A DNA stretch of 64,000 nt from contig JAINCQ010000018.1 of assembly GCA_036574205.1 (NCBI GenBank), positions 1 through 64,000 of the forward strand. Reading direction: 5' to 3'. Position numbers and translations under genes: made by a program. The notes under the pieces were generated by a model that saw nothing but the letters and a program-made list of their open reading frames with translations, did no database searches and was not told the DNA's origin. Below are positions 19,714 to 30,362 of the stretch, piece by piece (the first letter of the stretch is position 1; every line of letters begins with the position of its first letter). The stretch is from Elusimicrobiota bacterium (GTDB lineage: Bacteria; Elusimicrobiota; Elusimicrobia; Elusimicrobiales; UBA9959).

Positions 19714-20334
19714 ATGGTTCATATATCAAAACATCCTCTGGTTATGGAAAAGTTATCCCTTTTACGGGATATGAATACATCCACGTCAGTTTTTAGAAAG
19801 GCTATGAAAGATATTGCTATACTTATTGGTTATGAGTTAATGAGTGATTTTCCGACGAAAGAAGTTAAATTAAAAACTCCTCTTGCTCCCATTGCATGTC
19901 ATGTTATATCCAGAGAAATAGTAATAGTAGCTATATTAAGAGCAGGACTGGGACTTATGGACGGACTTATTGAAATAATTCCAGAGGCAAGACAGGCTCA
20001 TATAGGAATGTATAGAGATGAGGAAACTCTAAAACCAGTTAAATATTATTTAAGATTTCCAGATGATTTAAAGGATAAAATAATAATAATCACCGATCCA
20101 ATGCTTGCTACTGGTGGTTCAGCTGTTGAATCTGTTAATATAGTCAAATCCCGTGGCGGTAAGTATATCTATTTTATGTCTGTTATAGCTTCTAAATTTG
20201 GAGTTGATGTTTTGAAAAAACATCATCCTGATGTCAAAATATTTACAGCTGCTATTGACGAGAAATTAAATAGAAACGGATATATAGTTCCAGGACTTGG
20301 TGATGCGGGTGATAGAATGTTTGGAACATATTAG
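19714..20334 (+). CDS. upp: Uracil phosphoribosyltransferase
   Basis: ILRAG, DPMLATGGS, YIVPGLGDAGDR. Confidence 0.97.
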   Translation: MVHISKHPLVMEKLSLLRDMNTSTSVFRKAMKDIAILIGYELMSDFPTKEVKLKTPLAPIACHVISREIVIVAILRAGLGLMDGLIEIIPEARQAHIGMYRDEETLKPVKYYLRFPDDLKDKIIIITDPMLATGGSAVESVNIVKSRGGKYIYFMSVIASKFGVDVLKKHHPDVKIFTAAIDEKLNRNGYIVPGLGDAGDRMFGTY

Positions 20335-20448
20335 TTTAATAAGATATTTTATTTTTTAAATTTGATCTAAGTTTTTATTTCTAATATTATATTAAATTAT
20401 CTATTTGATTCTTAATTATAATATATCTAATTTTTTGCAGAGTCTTGT

Positions 20449-21150
20449 TTAATTATTATTGGTATTGCTTATTTTTAATAAATCATCAATAGACAATATT
20501 TTAATCGAGTTTTGTTCTCTTTTTATTATTTTTCTTTTTTCAAATTTTTGGAGTGTTCTTACCACCGTTTCTATTCTCAAACCAGCTATTTCTGATATTT
20601 CTGTTCTTTTAAGATTGTATACATAAGGTGTTTTTGTGTTTTTAGTGGAAAAAGATATATGATTTATTAAAACACTTGCAATTTTCTCTTCCGCTGTTTT
20701 ATATGCCATATTTGAAAGTCTGGTTTGTAGATACAATATATCAGAGCAAAATCCTTTTATGATTTCAAGAGTAAACTCAAAATCAGATTTTAGCAAATCT
20801 ACGAAAAAATCCTTTGGAAAAGTGGATATAATCGTATCGCCCATTGACTTTGAAGATGATTTATGAAGTTCATTCCTGCATAATGAATAATATCCAAACA
20901 TAGAACCTGGATTTTTTATCCATATTATTATGTTTTCTCCAGAGGCAGAACTTCTTGATATTTTAACCCTACCCTTACAGACATTGTATATTGCAGTTGG
21001 AACGTCACCTTCATTGTATATTATATCACCGTTACGATAAGAGCAAGTCCTCTTATATTTGTTCCATTTTTGCCTGACTTGCTCTAATTTTATTTTTGAA
21101 TATAAACAATTACTACTGAACTTACAATTATTACAATCAAGGGATAACAT
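20449..21150 (-). CDS. Crp/Fnr-family regulator with N-terminal Cys cluster
   Basis: CNNCKFSSNC; cNMP-binding fold; HTH EIAGLRIETVVR. Confidence 0.9.
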   Translation of the reverse strand: MLSLDCNNCKFSSNCLYSKIKLEQVRQKWNKYKRTCSYRNGDIIYNEGDVPTAIYNVCKGRVKISRSSASGENIIIWIKNPGSMFGYYSLCRNELHKSSSKSMGDTIISTFPKDFFVDLLKSDFEFTLEIIKGFCSDILYLQTRLSNMAYKTAEEKIASVLINHISFSTKNTKTPYVYNLKRTEISEIAGLRIETVVRTLQKFEKRKIIKREQNSIKILSIDDLLKISNTNNN

Positions 21151-21181
21151 CTTCCCCCCAAATTATACACATAACGGCTTT

Positions 21182-21211
21182 ATTTTAGCAAATTAAAAGA
21201 GATTCTGTCAA
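21182..21211 (-). promoter_or_regulatory. Putative sigma70 promoter of the Crp/Fnr gene
   Basis: TTGACA-N18-TAAAAT with TGn extended -10. Confidence 0.55.
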
Positions 21212-21327
21212 ATATCCGAATCAAATCAAGTAGAATTCAACTATGCCAGCATATTTGAATTTGCCTAAACAAGAGCTGAAATAGATTTGTTTTTTTGTAG
21301 AATATGGAAATTTGCTAAACTATTTTT

Positions 21328-22764
21328 ATGTTTAAGGATATAAAAATACTTGGAAAAGAAAGTGTAATATATGGGATATCCACTGTTTTTGGCAGATTAT
21401 TAAATATATTATTAATTCCACTATATACCTATTATTTATCTCCTGATGCTTATGGTATTGTAGCAACTGTCTTTTCATTTATAGCTTTTTTAAATGTTAT
21501 ATATGGACTTGGATTAAATCAGGGTTATATGAGGTTTTTTAAAGAAGAAAAATCTATTTCTCTTACTATAAGTATTGTTTTCTTTTCATCTTTTATACTT
21601 TCATTTTTACTCATTTTATTTTCAAAACCGATTTCATGGTTATTTCAAATAGGTGTGGAGAACTATAAGCTTATAATTTATTCAGCAGTTATTTTATATT
21701 TCGATTCCCTCGCTATAATTCCTTTAACTGACCTTAGGATGAAACATAGAGCTTATGTTTTTGTGTTTATAAAGGTATTTACAATAATCTTTAATATAAT
21801 TTTAAATTTTCTCTTTTTAAAATACTTAAAAATGGATATAGATGGAATATTTGTGGCTAATATGATTTCCTCATTTTCTCAGATGATTTTTATATTTAGA
21901 TACTTTAATTATGTAAGTTTTATAATTGATAAACCTCTTCTAAAAGAAATTTTTTCATATTCCCTTCCTTATATCCCTACTTCTCTTTCTTCTGTAATAA
22001 TTCAGCTTATTGATAGACCTATTATGATGATGCTTTTATCATCTTATATGGTTGGTATATATCAGGCAAATTTCAGGCTTTCTATTTTTATAAATCTTAT
22101 TATATCAATGTTTGATTTTGCCTGGCGGCCTTTTGTTATAGAAAGGATTGAAAAAGAAAATGCAAAGCAGATTTTCAAAAAGGTTTTAGAATACTTTGTG
22201 GCAATCGTCTTATTTATATGGCTTTTTCTTTCACTGTTTCTTGAAGATATGGTTAAGATAAATATCTTTGGGGTTTATTTTATAAATCCAAACTACTGGT
22301 CAGGGCTCGGAATAGTTCCTTTTATTATGCTTGCCTATTTTTTAAATGGGCTTTATATAAATTTTATGATAGGGACAATGATAAAAAAAAAGACAAAATA
22401 TATAATGATTGCAAATATTATCGCTGCTATTTTGAGCATATCTTTTAACTTTATTTTAATACCCCAATTTAAAATATATGGAGCAGCTTATTCTGTTCTT
22501 ATTTCTTATTTATTTTTAGCAATTTTTATGTATTTTGTAAACAGGAAAATATACTATATTGATTATGATATAAAGAAAGTTTCATTGCTTTTTATGTTTA
22601 CTATTTTATTTTATTTAACAAAATACTTAATAATCTCTTTAAATCCCTGCGTTTATCAGCAGTATAAATATTTTCTTGTGATGATATATCCCTTTTTTCT
22701 TTTTGCATTTTATTTTTCTAAAGAAGAAAAAAATAAAATTTTAAATATTATTAGAAAAAAATAA
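21328..22764 (+). CDS. Oligosaccharide flippase (Wzx/MOP family)
   Basis: PLYTYYLSPDAYG, DR..VGIYQA, LIPQFKIYGAA; many TM segments. Confidence 0.88.
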   Translation: MFKDIKILGKESVIYGISTVFGRLLNILLIPLYTYYLSPDAYGIVATVFSFIAFLNVIYGLGLNQGYMRFFKEEKSISLTISIVFFSSFILSFLLILFSKPISWLFQIGVENYKLIIYSAVILYFDSLAIIPLTDLRMKHRAYVFVFIKVFTIIFNIILNFLFLKYLKMDIDGIFVANMISSFSQMIFIFRYFNYVSFIIDKPLLKEIFSYSLPYIPTSLSSVIIQLIDRPIMMMLLSSYMVGIYQANFRLSIFINLIISMFDFAWRPFVIERIEKENAKQIFKKVLEYFVAIVLFIWLFLSLFLEDMVKINIFGVYFINPNYWSGLGIVPFIMLAYFLNGLYINFMIGTMIKKKTKYIMIANIIAAILSISFNFILIPQFKIYGAAYSVLISYLFLAIFMYFVNRKIYYIDYDIKKVSLLFMFTILFYLTKYLIISLNPCVYQQYKYFLVMIYPFFLFAFYFSKEEKNKILNIIRKK

Positions 22765-22790
22765 TTCTAAATTTTAATCTTAGATTTTCT

Positions 22791-23292
22791 TTATTTCTGG
22801 ATATCAATTTTATTGAATATTTTTATAGCTATAAACGAAAGTATAAAAATCCATAGCAATATTATTAAAAGAGATGATAAAGGATTAAAAACTGAATAAT
22901 TTAAGATTACTTTTCTTAAAATATCAACGCAGTAAGTAAATGGATTTAACAAGGAAATTATTTTAATTAAATAACTGCTGTTTTTTATTTCAAAGATAGT
23001 ATTACTGAAAATGAATGTTGACCATATTATAAAACTTATAACAATGCTAGACCCTTCCATCGTTTTTACAGTTACGCCAATAGAAAGCCCAATTGAAACA
23101 TAATCTGCTCCGTGACATTTGCCATAAGCAACTAAAAATTGCTCAGCCTTAGTTGTTTATTCATTTATTTTAATACTTAAGTCCTCTGTTATGGTTTCTT
23201 TAAAATTTTTAGGAATAAAACCATTCTCAATCCTTTGAGAAAAAACTGGCAAGCTTATTGCCATCAATAATAATATTATTAATTCTTTTTTC
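22791..23292 (-). pseudogene. Chimeric remnant: signal-peptide fragment in frame with the C-terminal part of an ABC-2 permease, internal stop
   Basis: Minus frame reads KKELIILLLMAISLPVFSQ..KINE*TTKAEQ..SIGLSIGVTVKTMEG..LNPFTYCVDILR; no clear start codon. Confidence 0.6.
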
Positions 23293-23449
23293 GGATTAAT
23301 GTTTTTATTGATATTTACAAAAAATAAAAAAACATTCGGGGAAAAGGAAAATAGGCGTTTTGTCCTATTTGTTAAGAATTTTAAAAGATAAGAAAAGCAA
23401 AAAATTTAAAAAAAATTCACTATTTCAAAGTAATAACACCTATATTATA

Positions 23450-25009
23450 TTAAAATAATATTCCAATACTTGCAACTGCCTGTCCTTTTTGAGGATATTT
23501 ATCTCCATCTATTGTAGTTTCGTCACTTGAGATTCCAACAGCTGCTTCAAAATGTATATATGCAAATGTTAAACCAATTCCAGCAGTATACATTGTTGAT
23601 GAATCTGACTCAGCAATATTTTTCATCATCCCTAACCTTATTGGCAGATTAAATGATTTTTTATTGAGTATATTTATTTCAGTACCGATAGAAAGCTGTC
23701 TTGAATAAAACCCATCAACTACTGTTGAATTTTTGGTTAAATCTATATCTATAGCCCAATGCCACCAATTAAATGGGCTTAAAGCTATGCCAAATCTTGC
23801 CTGCCTGTCCAACTTATATTTTCCATCAGGTCCATCAAATGATGGGCTTAATATGTTTCTTATGGTAAGTCCAACCCTTGGTTTAAAAGGTATTTTTGGA
23901 TATTTATCATTTACATTCCATAAAAATCCAACATCTATTGATGGTTTTGTGGATGTTTTAAGATTCTCATCAAGGTTTTCAAAGGCATCACCTGTTTCAT
24001 CTTCTTTCAAAAACTCAAATGTTTTATTTCCGATTTGCCCCCTTACCAATTTTATATTTGCTCCTGCACTAAGTCCGTTTAACAATTTATCCATAGGTTT
24101 TGCATATCCTATTGCAAACTCAGTAAACGAAGCTGCTCTTATGTTTACATTTGAACTATTATCATCAAATGATCCTCCAGCGACCATATTATCAATAACC
24201 TCTTTTGCATCACTTGAATATTTTAATGCTTCTTCTGATATTTCATTTAATTCAGTAGCTGAAATACCACTGCTTATAGCCTCATTTACAAAAGCATTAG
24301 CAAGCAATTGAGGATTTGAAGAATAATATAAGTTAAAGTAGTTTATACAGCTTGTATCATTTCCACAAAATAATTCTTTTATGTTATCAAGCCCTATATT
24401 TGATATAGTTGTTTGAATATTATCTCTTGCTGTTTGATATTCACCAGATACTCCAGTTTTATTGGTTGGTAAATTCCCACCAGCTCCCCCTACCCCACTA
24501 GAAACTACGTTTATATTATTTGCATCTATAAACGGATTTAAGCCAACTGATGAATAATTGTTAACTGATATCGCAAACTTTGAAAATTTCAAGTTTATTC
24601 CGCCTGCAACTTCAACAAGGGCGCCTGAATCCTCTTTCTCATTAATTTTTGATAATATTCCAAGGGTCTTTATAAATGCTGACATTTGATTTGCATCTAC
24701 CTTTTCCCCGGTTGTTTGAGTTTGTTTTATTGCATCAAGTTGATTAGAAACTTCTGTAACTTCGCTTACATTATCAAGTATGCCGCCAGTCGCTTCTATA
24801 CCAACCCCCGCCGGTATTTCAATTCCATTAAATGTTTGAGTTGATACTTGAGCAAGTCCAGCGGGGTTCCAGTATTGAGCAATTGGTCCTTTTGCCATAG
24901 CAACATAAGCTCCACCCATTCCCATAGCCCTTGTTCCAAGTATCTGCCACTGCTCAGCATGAAGCATTAAAGCTGAAAAACTCAAAAAACTAAAAAGAAT
25001 TTTTTTCAT
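23450..25009 (-). CDS. TraF-like (conjugal transfer TraF family) outer-membrane protein
   Basis: Signal peptide; GTRAMGMGGAYVA..YWNPAGLA; barrel C-terminus ending in F. Confidence 0.7.
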   Translation of the reverse strand: MKKILFSFLSFSALMLHAEQWQILGTRAMGMGGAYVAMAKGPIAQYWNPAGLAQVSTQTFNGIEIPAGVGIEATGGILDNVSEVTEVSNQLDAIKQTQTTGEKVDANQMSAFIKTLGILSKINEKEDSGALVEVAGGINLKFSKFAISVNNYSSVGLNPFIDANNINVVSSGVGGAGGNLPTNKTGVSGEYQTARDNIQTTISNIGLDNIKELFCGNDTSCINYFNLYYSSNPQLLANAFVNEAISSGISATELNEISEEALKYSSDAKEVIDNMVAGGSFDDNSSNVNIRAASFTEFAIGYAKPMDKLLNGLSAGANIKLVRGQIGNKTFEFLKEDETGDAFENLDENLKTSTKPSIDVGFLWNVNDKYPKIPFKPRVGLTIRNILSPSFDGPDGKYKLDRQARFGIALSPFNWWHWAIDIDLTKNSTVVDGFYSRQLSIGTEINILNKKSFNLPIRLGMMKNIAESDSSTMYTAGIGLTFAYIHFEAAVGISSDETTIDGDKYPQKGQAVASIGILF

Positions 25010-25044
25010 ACATTACCCTCCCTTAAAAAACTATCTCAGTCAAT

Positions 25045-25073
25045 ATTATATTAATTAAACCTTTATCTGTCAA
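25045..25073 (-). promoter_or_regulatory. Consensus sigma70 promoter of the TraF-like gene
   Basis: TTGACA (25068-25073) N17 TATAAT (25045-25050) on minus strand; GGGAGG RBS. Confidence 0.75.
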
Positions 25074-25079
25074 TGTAAA

Positions 25080-25733
25080 TTAAGTTACATATAAATTTTT
25101 CCTGAATTTATTTGCTAAAATATGAGCTAATCTAATCGGCTGTGGTATGCGATAATTAACTGTAAATTTTTCTACAATTTTAATGCTTGATTGTACATCA
25201 ATGAGATTTCCGGGTGAGATAAAAATTGGTTTGCTGTTTTCTTTTGTTCTAAGCACTGCACCTATAACTTTGTTTTTTTCATCATATAAATAACTGTAAG
25301 CAAATTTTCTATTTTCTGGTTCAGTATATCTTCCATATAGATGAGTCTTAGCTACACCAATTGTTGGTATATTGTTTTTAACCCCGAAATGTACCGCTAT
25401 CCCGCATTTTCTTGGATGGGCAGTTCCCTGTCCATCTATTAAGACTATATCCGGTTTTAAATTCAACCTTTGATATATTTCATCTATAATTTCAAACTCT
25501 CTAAAAGCAAGGAAGGTTGGTATATACGGAAAATCAACTTCTTTTTTCAAAAATTCTTTTTTGATTATTTTTAGATTTTCATCAACGACTATTCCACAGC
25601 CATAGCCAGTATTTTTAACAAATGAAATGTCAAAAGCAATTACTGTTTTAATATCTTTTTTATAGTCTTTTTGCTTTATTTTCTGGGCTATTTCTTTCTG
25701 GATTGAGATAAGCTTTTCAAATTCAATCTTCAT
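25080..25733 (-). CDS. nfi: Endonuclease V
   Basis: FPYIPTFLAFRE, IDGQGTAHPR, TIGVAK, ISPG, RIPQPIRLAH. Confidence 0.95.
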   Translation of the reverse strand: MKIEFEKLISIQKEIAQKIKQKDYKKDIKTVIAFDISFVKNTGYGCGIVVDENLKIIKKEFLKKEVDFPYIPTFLAFREFEIIDEIYQRLNLKPDIVLIDGQGTAHPRKCGIAVHFGVKNNIPTIGVAKTHLYGRYTEPENRKFAYSYLYDEKNKVIGAVLRTKENSKPIFISPGNLIDVQSSIKIVEKFTVNYRIPQPIRLAHILANKFRKNLYVT

Positions 25734-26394
25734 TTAGTTTTTCCATTCTAAGGAAAATGACATCAATACTATCTTTAACCTCAATCTCATTTTCACTTTT
25801 TTTATTTATAATTTTTAATTTTTGAAAGCTTTCTCCAACTGGCAAAACCATCCTCCCATTTATTTTTAGTTGTTCTATTAATTTTTCTGGTAGATCCACT
25901 GGAGCACAGCTTAAGATTATCTTATCAAACTGCGAAAATTCTTCCCAGCCGTTATAGCCGTTATCAATTTTAGAGGCAACATTTCCCCTTGCATATTTTT
26001 GAATGTTATTTTTAGCAAACTCATATAGTGTGTCTTTTATTTCTATGGTATAAACCTGTTTAAATAATTTTGAAAGTATAACTGTTTGCCAGCCAGTTCC
26101 TGTGCCAATTTCTAAAACTTTTTCATCAGGTTGAGGGTCTAAAAGTTCAATCATAAAAGCAACTATATACGGCTGTGATATTGTTTGTTCTTTTGCTACT
26201 TCAATAGCACAGTCATCATAAGCGCGTAGTTTTAAGTTATCAGGCAAGAAAAGGTGTCTTTTAGTTGTTTTTATTGCTTCAATTATAGCTGTATTTTTTA
26301 CCCCCCTTTTGATTATCTGTTCAACAATCATCTTCTGATTTAGATAATCAAAATATTTTTCATATTTTTCGCCAAGTTTTTTAAATATATCCAT
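25723..26394 (-). CDS. pcm: Protein-L-isoaspartate O-methyltransferase
   Basis: QTISQPY, VLEIGTGTGWQ, QLKINGRMVLPVG. Confidence 0.93.
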   Translation of the reverse strand: MDIFKKLGEKYEKYFDYLNQKMIVEQIIKRGVKNTAIIEAIKTTKRHLFLPDNLKLRAYDDCAIEVAKEQTISQPYIVAFMIELLDPQPDEKVLEIGTGTGWQTVILSKLFKQVYTIEIKDTLYEFAKNNIQKYARGNVASKIDNGYNGWEEFSQFDKIILSCAPVDLPEKLIEQLKINGRMVLPVGESFQKLKIINKKSENEIEVKDSIDVIFLRMEKLNED

Positions 26395-26762
26395 TACCAG
26401 ATTTTATTTGAAACCATGAAACATGCTGTTGTAGTTTTTATGTTGTTTTCTTTAGCTATGTTTATTAAATTTTCAGATTCTGAACCGGGTTGAAACCATA
26501 TATGTTCTATTTTTAGTTTAATGCATTCTTGTATGACCTTTTCTCCACTTTCAGGTGGAACAACCATTAAAACTATATCAGGTTTTGTGGGTAAAGACGA
26601 TAAATCAGGATATATGGTTTTACCTTCAATAGATTTTAATTTAGGATTTATTCCATATACCTCATATCCGTTCTGTGATAAATCCATAAATATTTTATAG
26701 CCATACTTTGATGGATTTGAACTTACCCCTACAACTGCTATTATCTTTTCCTTAAAGTTCAT
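26394..26762 (-). CDS. CoA-binding protein (YccU-like)
   Basis: IAVVGVS, INP, IWFQPG. Confidence 0.9.
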   Translation of the reverse strand: MNFKEKIIAVVGVSSNPSKYGYKIFMDLSQNGYEVYGINPKLKSIEGKTIYPDLSSLPTKPDIVLMVVPPESGEKVIQECIKLKIEHIWFQPGSESENLINIAKENNIKTTTACFMVSNKIW

Positions 26763-28705
26763 ACTTTTTCCTTTAAATAATTTATTGCATTTTTAGCATC
26801 TTCGATTAAAACTTGTTCACTTATTTCACTTCCAACTGCTTCCTTCATCCATTTAACTGGATTTATTGAGCCTAATTCGCATATTCTTTTCATATCTTTG
26901 CCAATAGATGTTTTTTCAAAATACTTTTCTATCTGATGAGATATTATATGCCCAAGTGGATAATCAGGTAGATATAAGCCATGAAATATCATATGGGAGT
27001 ATATTGCAAGTATTGGAGAATCTTTTACTCCAAAAACAGGATAGTAATATTTGTTCCATAATTCTTTTGCTATCTCTATTATCTTATCCCTTAATTCTTT
27101 TGTGGTAAATCTCTTCTTCTTATACATCCATTTCCATATATACATATCAACCAGTGCAACACCTGCTATTTCCCTTGTGTCCCAGAATTTTTGAATTGAA
27201 TTTGTATAATACTCATTTTTATCTTTCTTAATCCCGAGTATTTCATATGATTTATTCTGAAAAACAAATGCCATTGCTTCAGTAAATGCTGTATTTGGGA
27301 CCCCGTTTAAAAGGTTATAGTCTACATCATAGAGTGTAAATATTTGTTCTACACAATGTCCAAGCTCATGCATTGCAGTATTAAATGCCTGCCAGTTAAA
27401 GTATTTACCATCTACTACTCTTGTCCTGAGATGCGCTTTCTCACCACGCATTTCAGGTCCCCAGGCATGGCCGGCTCCTCTTGCCGGATCAACCTCAATC
27501 TTCTCAGCTAAGTAATTTGCGGTTTTTTCATCAAAATCAAGTTTTATAAGTATATCTTTGATTGAGTTTTGAAAGCTTTCAAGTGTTGGATATTTTTCTT
27601 TAACCTTTTCATCAAGGTTTGTATCATCTGAAGTTTGAGAAAATTGGTTAAACCAGATATCAAATGGATCGAGATTTCTATTTAACTTTGTTTTTATGTA
27701 TTCTGCTATATTGTATGTAACTTCTTCTTTTAGTATGTTTAAGAACATATCTTCTATCTTTTTAAATGGAATTTCTCTCACCCCTTCAAAGATTCTTGTA
27801 ATATAATCTTTATAAAGTAAATGGTATTTATCTTCCTCTTTATGCGCAAGATAAATATTTTTCAAATGTTCGTATCTTGTTAAATACACTTTACTGTTTT
27901 TCTTACCATTAATCTCATTGGTAAAGGGGTTATAAGTTTCCTCTTTCCCATTTGCAAATTCCCAACCATATTCTCCAGTTATTATTCTTGTCATAAGATT
28001 ATATATGGCTTTTTGTTTTTTAAATACAATTTCATCTTTTTCTCTGTAATAAAGTTTTATCTGATCTCTGAGTCCCCAATGTGTTATAAGAGTTAACTCT
28101 TCATCAAATATTTTTTTGCCATTTTCATCTGTTATATTTTTTATTTTTATATTGTATGAATAAACATATTCCGAGGCTTTTGAATAAGTATTTGTTATTT
28201 TTTGCGAAACCTCTGATGGAACCCTTGATGTAAATTGCTTGGTCATTCTATTTATAGCCCATTCTTTTCTAGATAGCTTATCCATATTAGCAATTGTTGT
28301 TTTTAAATCATCAGCTTTGAAATTTAAGAGAATTATAAAAGCTATCTTTGTTTTGAAAAGATCATCACTTAAATGTGTAAGTGGGTTTAAATTAGAAAAT
28401 GCTCTGTCTATATTTAGTAATTCACCTCTATCTTCATCAAGTTCAAGCCTTAATTTTAGATATAAAGCAATTAAATGTCCTTTAATGTGTTCATATTTTT
28501 CATTGTATCTTTGAAAGATAAGTTCAGCTTTCTCTACAGTTTCAAAATTATTTAAACAAAAATCAATAAATTCTTTTTCACTCCCATCTTCCTTTCTCCA
28601 CAATTTTGCAACCTGATTTACACCTATTTTAATCCTTATTTTTTCTTGGGGAAATTTTTTAATAAGTTCTTTTATAACTTTATTTATGGTTTTTGGAGAT
28701 ATCAT
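26759..28705 (-). CDS. Gluzincin-type metallopeptidase-like protein (M3/M32-like)
   Basis: HELGH plus downstream AFTEAMA; YLPDYPLGH. Confidence 0.6.
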   Translation of the reverse strand: MISPKTINKVIKELIKKFPQEKIRIKIGVNQVAKLWRKEDGSEKEFIDFCLNNFETVEKAELIFQRYNEKYEHIKGHLIALYLKLRLELDEDRGELLNIDRAFSNLNPLTHLSDDLFKTKIAFIILLNFKADDLKTTIANMDKLSRKEWAINRMTKQFTSRVPSEVSQKITNTYSKASEYVYSYNIKIKNITDENGKKIFDEELTLITHWGLRDQIKLYYREKDEIVFKKQKAIYNLMTRIITGEYGWEFANGKEETYNPFTNEINGKKNSKVYLTRYEHLKNIYLAHKEEDKYHLLYKDYITRIFEGVREIPFKKIEDMFLNILKEEVTYNIAEYIKTKLNRNLDPFDIWFNQFSQTSDDTNLDEKVKEKYPTLESFQNSIKDILIKLDFDEKTANYLAEKIEVDPARGAGHAWGPEMRGEKAHLRTRVVDGKYFNWQAFNTAMHELGHCVEQIFTLYDVDYNLLNGVPNTAFTEAMAFVFQNKSYEILGIKKDKNEYYTNSIQKFWDTREIAGVALVDMYIWKWMYKKKRFTTKELRDKIIEIAKELWNKYYYPVFGVKDSPILAIYSHMIFHGLYLPDYPLGHIISHQIEKYFEKTSIGKDMKRICELGSINPVKWMKEAVGSEISEQVLIEDAKNAINYLKEKV

Positions 28706-28755
28706 AAAACCTCCTATAAATATTATATAACAAAAGTATATTGAGTTTTTTAAAA

Positions 28756-29625
28756 TTACTGGTGAGCAGGATTTTTTCTTTCCTTGCTAAAATAGGCTGG
28801 TATATAATAATGTTTTTTGTAAACAAATTGTTGAAGTTTGTTTTCATTTTCATCCCACAAAAACACTGATTCAAAGTATATTTTATTATCTTCAACCTTT
28901 ACTTCTACAAAAAAATCATTTTCATGGGTTACAATCATCTTTGTTGAACCACCAAGTAAATAAGCACTTTTTCCTGGTTGAAATAGATAGCCACTTCTTT
29001 TCCTGTATTCATAATTATAATAATTGCTATATGGTATTTTCCATAAGTTACGTTTCCCTTCAAAACTTGAGTAAGGAGGAGTCATCTTTTTAATGGGTCT
29101 TGCTATATATCCAGAAGTTGAAGAAATTATCATTATTTCCTTTTCTACTTCAACTGGAAGAGTTTTTATTTTTTCATTAACATAAAAAAAGTTTATTCCT
29201 ATTTTCTCTTTCTCTTTTCTATCGTTGATAATAGTACTGCCCACCAGAAAAATATCCATCTTGTTATCTCCATTAAAATCTCCAATTACAACGGAGGGTG
29301 TATTATAGTAAGTAAAGGGAAAAAAGGATAGAAGTTCTGATGAATATCTTTCAGAATCAAAAGGTATAAAATTTGGATCATATTCAGATAAAACCTTTTC
29401 TATTTCTTGAGGAATTTTAATCTTATAGTCGATATAAGGGATGTTTTCATTAATTTTAATTGTTCTCAACGATATCTTTGGTTGATACAGGTTATCCCCA
29501 ACAACATAACTTGGTCTTTCTCTTTCTTCAAACTCTTTTTCTTTATTTTGCTGGTCTAAAGAGTTTAAAATTAAATTAAAGAGTGTAAGCAATAGTATAA
29601 CTTTCATATATCTTGAATAATTCAA
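28756..29625 (-). CDS. Exported protein with FG-GAP-like motif; paralogue of 29622..30362; candidate immunity protein
   Basis: Signal-like N-terminus; YNTPSVVIGDFNGDNKMD; GYLFQP shared with neighbour. Confidence 0.6.
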   Translation of the reverse strand: MNYSRYMKVILLLTLFNLILNSLDQQNKEKEFEERERPSYVVGDNLYQPKISLRTIKINENIPYIDYKIKIPQEIEKVLSEYDPNFIPFDSERYSSELLSFFPFTYYNTPSVVIGDFNGDNKMDIFLVGSTIINDRKEKEKIGINFFYVNEKIKTLPVEVEKEIMIISSTSGYIARPIKKMTPPYSSFEGKRNLWKIPYSNYYNYEYRKRSGYLFQPGKSAYLLGGSTKMIVTHENDFFVEVKVEDNKIYFESVFLWDENENKLQQFVYKKHYYIPAYFSKERKNPAHQ

Positions 29626-30362
29626 TTCATCTCACCTATATAAAAAGGTAAATAATAATAACCTATTATATCACAACAATACTGTTCAAAATTTTTTGTT
29701 TTCTCATCCCATTGAAGGATACAATCATAAGATATTTTATTGCCAGCATCTTCTGCCCACGCATAACCATCATTAGGTAATATCTTTATTTGTTCAGCAA
29801 AATCTCCTCCACATATATATTCACTTTTTCTGGGTTGAAATAAATAACCAATTCTTTTTTTCATGGATACATATTCCCTTTCTCTAAGTGTTATCAATTC
29901 GTATTCACTACCCGTGGATAAAATAAGCAATTCTTTTTCCAATTCTTTTTTGTTAACTTTCGTTTTGCCAACAATAAGCGTATCTAATCTGTTATCACCA
30001 TTAAAATCACCAATTACAATTGAGGGAGTATTGTATAGCGTATATGGAAATAACGATAGAAAGGCTGCTGAATATTCCTCATAACCAAAAGGTTTAAAAT
30101 TTGGGTCATACTCTTTAAGTAAATTTTCTATCTTATCTGGAAGTTTAATTTGATAGCTGATATAAGGAAGTTTTTCCTCAGGTCTACCTACTATTAATGG
30201 TATTTTTGGATTATACATATTTTTTTCAGGATTTATGAGAAATAACGATCTATCTATTTTTTTAAAAAAGCTTTGTTTACTTTCTGGTTGCTGAGTTTGA
30301 GAATTTATCGATAGGTTTAGAAGGAAAGAAATTAATAAGAAAAGGATTATTCTCATAAACAA
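29622..30362 (-). CDS. Exported protein with FG-GAP-like motif; candidate immunity protein
   Basis: Signal peptide; YNTPSIVIGDFNGDNRLD; overlaps the stop of the upstream peptidase. Confidence 0.6.
   Translation of the reverse strand: MFMRIILFLLISFLLNLSINSQTQQPESKQSFFKKIDRSLFLINPEKNMYNPKIPLIVGRPEEKLPYISYQIKLPDKIENLLKEYDPNFKPFGYEEYSAAFLSLFPYTLYNTPSIVIGDFNGDNRLDTLIVGKTKVNKKELEKELLILSTGSEYELITLREREYVSMKKRIGYLFQPRKSEYICGGDFAEQIKILPNDGYAWAEDAGNKISYDCILQWDEKTKNFEQYCCDIIGYYYLPFYIGEMN

Noticed and set aside
23733..24311. 192-aa plus-strand ORF
   Set aside because: Antisense shadow of the TraF-like gene
23450..25009. Conjugative element suggested by the TraF-like gene
   Set aside because: No relaxase, coupling protein or VirB4; housekeeping neighbours
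28680..28895. 71-aa ORF bridging two genes
   Set aside because: Out-of-frame overlap with both neighbours; no support
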